This document shows, in pieces, positions 59,701 to 64,000 of a DNA stretch of 64,000 bases; position 1 is the first letter of the stretch; every line of letters begins with the position of its first letter. A program made the position numbers and the translations under genes. This DNA comes from a virus. Location of the stretch: positions 1 through 64,000 of IMG/VR virus record IMGVR_UViG_3300040796_000034; one strand, written 5' to 3'. The notes under the pieces are model-generated. The model saw only the letters and a list, made by a program, of their open reading frames with translations. It was not told the origin of the DNA and made no database searches.

Positions 59701-60249
59701 ATTTGTAAACTCTTCTACAATAGCAGGGTTGAGAGTGAAAAAACCAAGCATCTCATCCTTAAGTCTGGCAATAGATACGTCATATCCACTATTTGCCATA
59801 CGATTTAATACTTTATCTGTCCTACTCCATACGTTTGTTATATCTTCTGCAAACGTTTTAGCAATTTTAGTAAATTCTGCCATGAAGATAGAGACATTAG
59901 AGTACGCATTAAAACCACCCCAAAGTATCTTACCAAGATTTATCTTTCCTGAGAGTTTTGATAGGTTACTCAACTCTTTAGTTACATTTTTTACAGATTT
60001 CTCATAAGCTTTTAATTGTTTACTCGATATTTCTACTGATTTATTAACAGCTTTTATCTGTTTATTTTGTTTAGTAAAACTTTCAGAATAACTTTTAAAT
60101 GTTTTCTGTAAAGGTGTTAATATTTTCTCTGATAAATCTTTAAGCTTCTTCTTACTTTCGTCAAAAAACTTTAATAGTTCATCACTATCCTCAATACCAA
60201 AGGCTATTTTCTTTTCTGTAGAGTTTGTGTTTTGTCCTGCCGCTACCAT
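50788..60249 (-). CDS. tail tape measure protein
   Basis: 3153 aa, TP901-like core near the N terminus, TM-like stretch, long coiled coil; directly after the tail chaperone. Confidence 0.9.
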   Translation of the reverse strand: MVAAGQNTNSTEKKIAFGIEDSDELLKFFDESKKKLKDLSEKILTPLQKTFKSYSESFTKQNKQIKAVNKSVEISSKQLKAYEKSVKNVTKELSNLSKLSGKINLGKILWGGFNAYSNVSIFMAEFTKIAKTFAEDITNVWSRTDKVLNRMANSGYDVSIARLKDEMLGFFTLNPAIVEEFTNKSLVAFDQFEASLNQFNTIFGASKSVLKEYGNELQKTVDGPLKNLTSSIDSLAISYQVASGEFSDMKENLSILESIEKLSVGASSPDKFGVGGLIIKSLRSFDKGGEEAGDVAAKLLKMEQLRLTSVKEAQDILPQAFTSAKAAGLEFEDVLASVDTLTTSGMPTAPSVTALNSFINSVLSMGPEQKKILRELGVTFDDLSNFGPKLQQLSKALGGNIEKLRELFPEMNAFKAAIALTNDEANSFVDNLEQINATTTGTLDEAFENIAQSTEKKFQAIQNSYNELLISFGKAFSEQQNKYLERYEESAFSIRNIILENKDLVIELAKNLAIVVEKIGKVTGTIVAIGKALFSTFTTILSFKAFTVVFNSISNKFFGTTNAGILDQTKLIKSLIKEKHGWLKVLGHLVGVNQEHRRVLTSVNQTLLKQKGIVTDINLGIVQTAKLSKDAQKELDAAVKGTFTHTQILQRTGMTKATEKYNKQKGRVIAVAKDIGASSNRSADLNERLARSKDQLANDANLTSAQRKEMRSQQNLTQIQLEKERKLREMLRIQRDIEIKQLKELGAIKKGVSAKVDTQVNNIKQVYLNLSAAQIKQDFEQAQLIRLQNTQKALSIQLDKAKLEVNKNEWNIQRLTNQLTQVNTELEAQQNVVKQTSLNLSRAKKIAIQEEGLAQGKLTKIMVFGNEVIVRNNIIHKTNAKIMGFVKNQIDATTASLIKKFPWLLKVGKGFTFLSTKAQTAQTKISLFTKSILTKFPFIAKAVDFLKIKFGGLSGAIKGAGLAVAGLMSTIASMAVLTVVMGLIMKIGSLISKNNELKETYKELSKDVKDHVSNMDNLGLAYNRSEKTLLKLSDRLVDADKKLKNFNKEVVTYGDVGNSLTKMLGIKDWQARLSGYSKRAEVFADLEDSLHRGNLQIIKQNKLMREGVPLSEITNEKIKEKILLTAEDFNREEKIHKQRIKFVENSIAVQEQRVQILEDKGKKMTDLEKAELDMTRAKIQTLEELKRVSIETYKEQEKYLKVRNQYLDTLKDTQNEVISVNELDNTKNSLQNLNYELNNEIQSSFSLYQNKIVNNSTDFIKSVNDGSIVLKQTLTDLKTDLVSVNEEGQETLKINQEAFNTLTKALSGEQIDGQKIKIAELLASIDEYKPLLNSLGAKNQEDVERIAANLEELYLKNSNVLKNINTDTFKSIITSVQVMEDRYKETRRKFLNTNEDNLGVTSFITSLNTESDKLEAQLDNTLSKISAVIEGQTSYVDTEVKNLVDGLLNGRIKVTRESLAQEFKQLGIAISDIPTEKLDKIYESINGENKEELISNLKDIGVELVKTFSFEEIDPQKFNSQINSYLNNIRELNAAGEITSKEAVQRLSIFTEEIKQYIEPEVYKALQEQVLNIQKNIGQEETLLNKLRIEKYESLFNQKLLLEQTYAKQTFDLQELVTKKFIEVKEAEIETLKKSYSEESVYVQKAEQELINLRLKLQIQEQDRVTKLRQILIDREKKDLQDNLESGIVTRQTYLDNISRLETKYYVNLIREKKETLASLDKEDELYKEKYAAIVQAIKDLEIEKNRTILELNKKRIEEQVRLKNSALQKQLIQSQQAMLDGSDSSELDKEFKLQEKKLEIARQGLLKELGLYRNNADKRKEIQLELLENTFEKQKLYRDKQIQNIERDKTKRIIELRKEQSELEIEINNGTTEELFKQRFEQNRRSLEIDKDTLEKRLVALQEGSDEYLELDAQLHKTRLDLAELAEKESLELSKFYMQKRVANFNLEQAELEKKYLKENLSENIYLQKSKELQNTILENDIEYQKIRLKTLKKGSIERLNLLKEIAEKESQLLNSDKRFEQEKLDREYRQKTNKIEIKEAELALERAKGNNLKLLAEEQNLANEKIKIQIQYLKAKLNLAVKDSEEYFNTQKEINFLETKLLKGHLEQKRRMTEAAKNERVQLINLEIAEVEKAYVKGIISYENYLNKISALRRSKIKEELAANKELSETFKKNSVEHIKLLQEREELETKSAKTIQDVKIQTLDREYRKKIYKVEIEEAALSLKRTKGSNLELLAEEQNLANEKIKIQIQYLKAKLKLTIKGSEEYLKTQKEINILETELLKNHLEQKRQTLEAAKDERVQLINLEIAEVEKAYIQDTISYENYLNKISALKQSKIKEELAANEKLSKTFKKGNVEHTKLLQEKERLETEFAKIVQDVKIQALEKQIKQEQLAFEKFKVTQEYKIQLLKLEIKQIRLLQQEKEIGFEYEQSLLSLERERLQLVIDRETDRVKKAEINTQLVQRQNEIQLKSLDIEDRKLENQKQSLELQKKSIIAEQQLQELQLNSQKISIELEIKKAEIFNKSKEDIELLEVQLKQIEQNLSLLDKESEIKNEQLILQERQIKNEQLIIQQRRELVGERGLLDLEIAKNREVIARLDKQISLEKLRQQSISISLQKYTDMNQVLDATLGLQDKLIASQQNSIDILTSGIANLFNLEKSLVKTEVRSRTLERQRLDGELKRLDIVQEIQDKQLKFELKRNELARQRQLIEKETELIRSEAAVRLAIIEEKKIQANRNSSEEDKEAARLTVEAAVQTLNSQKELYDVIQKQQALEANLDRQRVGQLDFQQDQERLQLEGEKAKFTKSSKDDARVRREANKLRDKSEDRLLKQLRELSDFSLKLPERKDITESLKKDLEVYSKSLSESNAEIVTKEIVTAIQSQTPILKNQTEILSKLIPEKVTENIENQTSAINRFSPENMTEGERKLVKNIENQTAIIERQATVVKENNSQFVDNITKQIYEKIDKAMASLNFNPDQLSEVERSFYDMRQTKLELESLDVWHRLGGFNRKDQIKKVWTKDEIAKKVQDDAKLAKERGLLDDMPSSYAEDQKKYDNRSYNLLKTNIPDIDEMRSLINKESKSTMSNETRKDSEKVIARQTHTLEEIRDLLKDKKENNITINSPITMTEEAKNIPNFNNQFYNVIEEVQKRL
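53091..54175 (-). repeat. 540-bp (180-aa) tandem duplication inside the tape measure gene
   Basis: REYR.K..LLAEEQNLANEKIKIQIQYLKAKL..QDVKIQ block occurs twice, offset 540 bp. Confidence 0.9.
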
Positions 60250-60283
60250 AATTAAATCCTGTTAATAAAAAAAAGAACTTTAA

Positions 60284-61038
60284 CTAATTAAAATTAAAGT
60301 TCAAAAAATCTTTGCTAGATATGTTTTTGCCACCTATATTAATAGTATGGTTGTCTTTACCCTGTTCTCGTATTTTATCCATACTCTCTTTTACACTTTC
60401 AGCTTTTTTCTCTTCTTCGGGTTTTCTTAAATAAACAGTTTCTTTAATAAGATTTCTGATAAAGATGTGGTCAAAAGTTTGCCAGAGTTCGATAGGGTTT
60501 AAATTAGATTCTTTATATATTTCAATAAGGAAAGCTAACTCTTCAGCGTCATAGTCATCTACTCGTCGTTTTGTATTTGAGACATTCTGTGAGTTAGACG
60601 TTTCTCTATCCGCTTTCCCATTTCTGCAATAGGTAAGAGTAAATCAAGATAATGTAATTGAGATATCAAAGAAGGGTTCTCTGCTACATCATCGGGGGTT
60701 ACTCGAAGATTATCCTCTTGAATCGCTGAAGTAAAAAAGATTGAACCTAATTGTGTCAAGTCATCTTCTATTTCACTTAAATTAAAACCTGCCTTAGCTT
60801 TACCTACGACAGGTAACATTTTTGCTAAAGTACACATTTTATCCCAAGTTGTATCGTCTTTGATAGTAGTTCCAATACTTAAGTTGTTTACAAAAAACTC
60901 TTCTAGTATTTCTAGTTGTAACTGTTCAACCTCCCTATATTTAATACGGGGGACTCTTTTTACAATATACTCTTTAACTACTATCTCATTATTATCTTGT
61001 TCGTTGTATTCTTTAATCTGTACTTTAAAATGTTTCAT
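60284..61038 (-). CDS. tail assembly chaperone G and GT (programmed -1 frameshift)
   Basis: G = 61038..60559; slippery G GGA AAG at 60619-60613; -1 frame open to TAG at 60284. Confidence 0.85.
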
Positions 61039-61040
61039 TA

Positions 61041-61781
61041 TTATTCACACACTAGAAGTTCATCAGTCCAGGTATATTCAATCGGTTTACAAGCACCTAA
61101 TGGGGTATAAGCTTTGAGTGTAAGTCCGATTGTCTCACCGTTAAAGTCAATACCAGAGTCCGTAAACGAGAGTTGTACTTTAGGTGCATACACATAACCT
61201 AGTCGATTACTAGATGATAACACGACACCCGCTAAGGAGTGTAGTTGTAAAGGTGTATTACTTAAAGAGAACCCAGTTGTACTCTTCTTATATCGAACAC
61301 TGACAGTCTCTAAAGCATCTACTAAAGCTGCATCAAAAGTAACTACATCAGCTAACACCGTATATTCTGTATCTAGTGTTAATAGAACAGACTCATGTAA
61401 ATCATTTTTGTAAGAAATTTCTAATTCAGTGAAACCAGTAGGTAAAGTAATACTGTCTCCAATTTTTCCACCAAGCTCATAAGCCTCAGTAACATAGACA
61501 TCTGTTGTTTCACTAATACCTTCATAACCCAGTTTAAGGTACTGAAGTTCGGGGCTGTTAATTGGATACTCTAAGCTGATTATTGGAGTTTCTCCTGTTA
61601 AGTAGGATGCAACTTCTCTTATTAAGCCACCTTGTCTTCCCATAATCTGTCTTTCATTACGACCGGGGTCGTAAGTGAAATTAGAAGGGACGGGTAAGTG
61701 GTAAACAACTCCATCAGATAATCTTTTTAAATGTAATTCGACTACACCTCTAGGAGTTTCATAGTATTTTTGTTGTGTCAT
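61041..61781 (-). CDS. major tail tube protein (putative)
   Basis: Position immediately before the chaperone and tape measure; beta-rich, 246 aa. Confidence 0.6.
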   Translation of the reverse strand: MTQQKYYETPRGVVELHLKRLSDGVVYHLPVPSNFTYDPGRNERQIMGRQGGLIREVASYLTGETPIISLEYPINSPELQYLKLGYEGISETTDVYVTEAYELGGKIGDSITLPTGFTELEISYKNDLHESVLLTLDTEYTVLADVVTFDAALVDALETVSVRYKKSTTGFSLSNTPLQLHSLAGVVLSSSNRLGYVYAPKVQLSFTDSGIDFNGETIGLTLKAYTPLGACKPIEYTWTDELLVCE

Positions 61782-61808
61782 TTTTGTATCTTATTTTTTA
61801 AAGGTTAA

Positions 61809-62330
61809 TTACTCTACTACAGTAATATTTGTAGTAAGGTAGGAATAGACTGCCTGATTTAATTCACTCATCAAGGTTCTATACTGAAACGTCAGACCTC
61901 GTTGTATCATTAAAGGGCAGGTCGGACTTAAAAGAGCGTTGTTAATTGCTTTAGATATACCGTGAAGTAATGGTTGAAGTTTTTCTTGTTCTGGTAATAC
62001 AAGGCTGTAGTGAATGTTAATAGTGTTGGTATTATTTAAAGACCTATTACTAAAACTACTACTAACTCTAAAGACTTTTAATAAAGGAAAATCTGAATTA
62101 GATAGACTGTAAGCATCGTAAAATTTAACAGTTCGTACAATTTTATCTCCTAAAGAGTATCCATGTTTTTTAGCTGAGGTAAGGTACATCCGATTAAGGG
62201 TGTCATACAGATATAGACCAAGACTTTCTACTGTATTGTCTTTATGAAAGACTGTATCAGACTCAAGAAAACCTCGACCATCTGTACTATCTTTCACTAT
62301 TAACTGATTAAGTCTGTCGTTTGGTATCAT
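61809..62330 (-). CDS. tail terminator/completion protein (putative)
   Basis: Synteny; DFPLLKVFR motif. Confidence 0.45.
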   Translation of the reverse strand: MIPNDRLNQLIVKDSTDGRGFLESDTVFHKDNTVESLGLYLYDTLNRMYLTSAKKHGYSLGDKIVRTVKFYDAYSLSNSDFPLLKVFRVSSSFSNRSLNNTNTINIHYSLVLPEQEKLQPLLHGISKAINNALLSPTCPLMIQRGLTFQYRTLMSELNQAVYSYLTTNITVVE

Positions 62331-62910
62331 TCTTTTTAGTCTTTTTCTTCTTACCTTTATCTTTTTCAGCTTTCTCGTCTTCTAATATCTGCATCTCTAC
62401 TTCAGGAACATACTCAGTTTCCATGTATTCTCTGCCTTTCATAAAGTAAGTCATTAAATACAACGCTACCTTTTCTGATAATTCATCGTGTATAAACATA
62501 AATCTACGTCTTGGTACACCTCTACCAGGTTCACCATACTGATGACTGTCAGCATAAGGGACAAGTGTTACATACTCAAAAGAATCGTTCTGTATCCTAA
62601 AATAAGATTCCTGGTTATCTACGAGTAAAGACCTGTACAATCTACCAGTATCTTTTAGAATCTGTTTACCTTGTCTTCTAGGATTCCTTTGTAAAGTTAC
62701 TTCAGAAAGGGGTTCCCAGTATTCTCCACCATAGACTATACCTCCACTTTCTACTGAAGGCGCTGTCCTAAACCTTATTTCAAAATCTTCTTTAACTATG
62801 TTTTTTAAACCAATCTCTACTTCATAAAGGTTAGCTCTACGATTACCTACAGCTTCTACAAACTCATTGTAGCCTAAATATGCGGTTAAATCTATTTCAA
62901 GTTTAGCCAT
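62308..62910 (-). CDS. phage virion morphogenesis (neck/tail completion) protein
   Basis: WEPLS..T, ILKDTGRLYRS, PYA..HQYG..VPRRRFM. Confidence 0.8.
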   Translation of the reverse strand: MAKLEIDLTAYLGYNEFVEAVGNRRANLYEVEIGLKNIVKEDFEIRFRTAPSVESGGIVYGGEYWEPLSEVTLQRNPRRQGKQILKDTGRLYRSLLVDNQESYFRIQNDSFEYVTLVPYADSHQYGEPGRGVPRRRFMFIHDELSEKVALYLMTYFMKGREYMETEYVPEVEMQILEDEKAEKDKGKKKKTKKNDTKRQT

Positions 62911-62911
62911 A

Positions 62912-63778
62912 TTAACAAGGGCTTATTGTAATTTGTCCACATTCAATTACATATTGTTCATCTAAGGAATTATCTACAATTAATTCGTAGTTAAATTTCC
63001 TATCAATAGATGATTGTGGGAAAAGACTCATATCAGAAGTCCTTAATTGAATTTGATAAATCAACTCTTTCTTATTATCTTCAAGTAGAGTTTCACTACG
63101 AAGAATAATTGAATTATCTCGATATCTTGTAGATTTATCTATTACTAAGTTGTTTCCATCAAATACTTTGAAAAGAATAGCTGTACCGATTTGAGATATC
63201 TGTTTCCCATATAAATAAAAGTCAATAGCATAGTTGTTAAGTCTTTTAAGTTTTTGATTCTTAAAAGCTTTGTCGCCTAACATTAAGTCACCGCTTGGGG
63301 GTGTAGTCATCATGTATCGTTGTACAGGATTTACTACAAAATGAGACTCATCAATCCCTATTTCACTACCTATATTTCTTATGTAATTTGTCTTTGCAAA
63401 GGTATTACATGAATCAATATAGGCAGACATTTCTAAACTTCTTTCTTTATTTGGGCTAACATCTATATCAAAGGTTTCTAAATATGTTGAAGCTTTCATA
63501 GACCTTTCATAATACACTTTTGAAAGCATATTACTTATATCTGTTTTAGCTGAAACATATAAAGCACTTGATTTATTTGGAACTACTGAAACACTAAAAC
63601 TATCAAGATAACTTTTTGCCGTCGCACTACGCTCAAAGAATACATCAGACATTACTGTATTAGCAGAATCCAATACAGCTTTATTAGATAAACTCCTTTC
63701 AAAAAAGAGAAGAGCATTGTCTAGTTGAATGTTTGAAGTATCTAAATAGGTCGTACATTGTAAGTTATATGTAGTCAT
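62912..63778 (-). CDS. virion protein with ERS..YLDS repeats and a BppU-like C terminus
   Basis: Repeats FFERSLSNKAVLDS / FFERSATAKSYLDS / YYERSMKASTYLET / KERSLEMSAYIDS; FNYEL..GQITI. Confidence 0.45.
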   Translation of the reverse strand: MTTYNLQCTTYLDTSNIQLDNALLFFERSLSNKAVLDSANTVMSDVFFERSATAKSYLDSFSVSVVPNKSSALYVSAKTDISNMLSKVYYERSMKASTYLETFDIDVSPNKERSLEMSAYIDSCNTFAKTNYIRNIGSEIGIDESHFVVNPVQRYMMTTPPSGDLMLGDKAFKNQKLKRLNNYAIDFYLYGKQISQIGTAILFKVFDGNNLVIDKSTRYRDNSIILRSETLLEDNKKELIYQIQLRTSDMSLFPQSSIDRKFNYELIVDNSLDEQYVIECGQITISPC

Positions 63779-63779
63779 G

Positions 63780-64000
63780 TTATTCAGAAATAGTTATAGA
63801 ATTAATACCGATTTTAAGTTTGTCATCTTCAAATAAGACTACACTTTTACTACTATCAAAATTATTTGCATAGAGTAAAGAAGTCATACCTGTTGCGGTT
63901 TTATAAATCGCGTAAGACTTTGCTTGTGGCCAATCAGCGGTAGCTTTTTCAAAAATAAGCACCAGTAAGTTCACTGCATTACGACCTGTAACTGACCAAT
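63780..64000 (-). CDS. virion protein, 5' end probably outside the window
   Basis: C-terminal F..ATADW..A..YAIY..ATG..LLYA pattern; the true start is unclear at the window edge. Confidence 0.4.
   Translation of the reverse strand, partial: WSVTGRNAVNLLVLIFEKATADWPQAKSYAIYKTATGMTSLLYANNFDSSKSVVLFEDDKLKIGINSITISE

Noticed and set aside
50831-61117. Short + strand ORFs antisense to the tape measure and chaperone (and similar shadow ORFs at 7121, 10299, 13116, 13449, 13607, 14737, 19404, 24254, 24492, 25978, 26455, 31776, 36964, 43145, 45776, 47621, 49029, 49988)
   Set aside because: Nested in or opposite well-supported genes, with no motifs or RBS
1-64000. Stop-codon reassignment or suppressor tRNA
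   Set aside because: Coding density is high with the standard code, and all tRNA anticodons are sense

Overview
64 kb slice of an AT-rich tailed phage genome, most likely a long-tailed siphovirus of cyanobacteria. Host assignment is inferred from the cyanophage-type class I RNR, C39 lysin, cyanobacterial-type TnpB remnant, GATC avoidance and a PatS-like peptide. Replication and host-takeover genes are on the + strand: SSAP, SSB, exonuclease, frameshifted primase, helicase, PolA, RNR, RuvC, MazG, Thg1-like protein, nucleotidyltransferase, two RNA ligases, a NADAR-like protein and 7 tRNAs. Virion and lysis genes are on the - strand in several interleaved blocks: portal, tail tube, G/GT chaperone with a GGGAAAG frameshift, 3153-aa tape measure, tail proteins and lysin. 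The top finding is a 27-nt micro-ORF missed by the ORF track (44564-44590, - strand) encoding MTERGSGR*. It carries the exact ERGSGR morphogen of the heterocyst inhibitor PatS and is translationally coupled to a tail operon. A second, PatX-like secreted peptide lies at 33638-33781. Together they suggest a phage peptide system acting on HetR and host differentiation. Other oddities include a tRNA-repair kit, PolA and RNR active-site substitutions, two apparently inactive RuvC paralogues, a HicB fusion, a PAS-like membrane protein and a GH10-like enzyme. All family calls come from motif recognition by eye; no searches were run.
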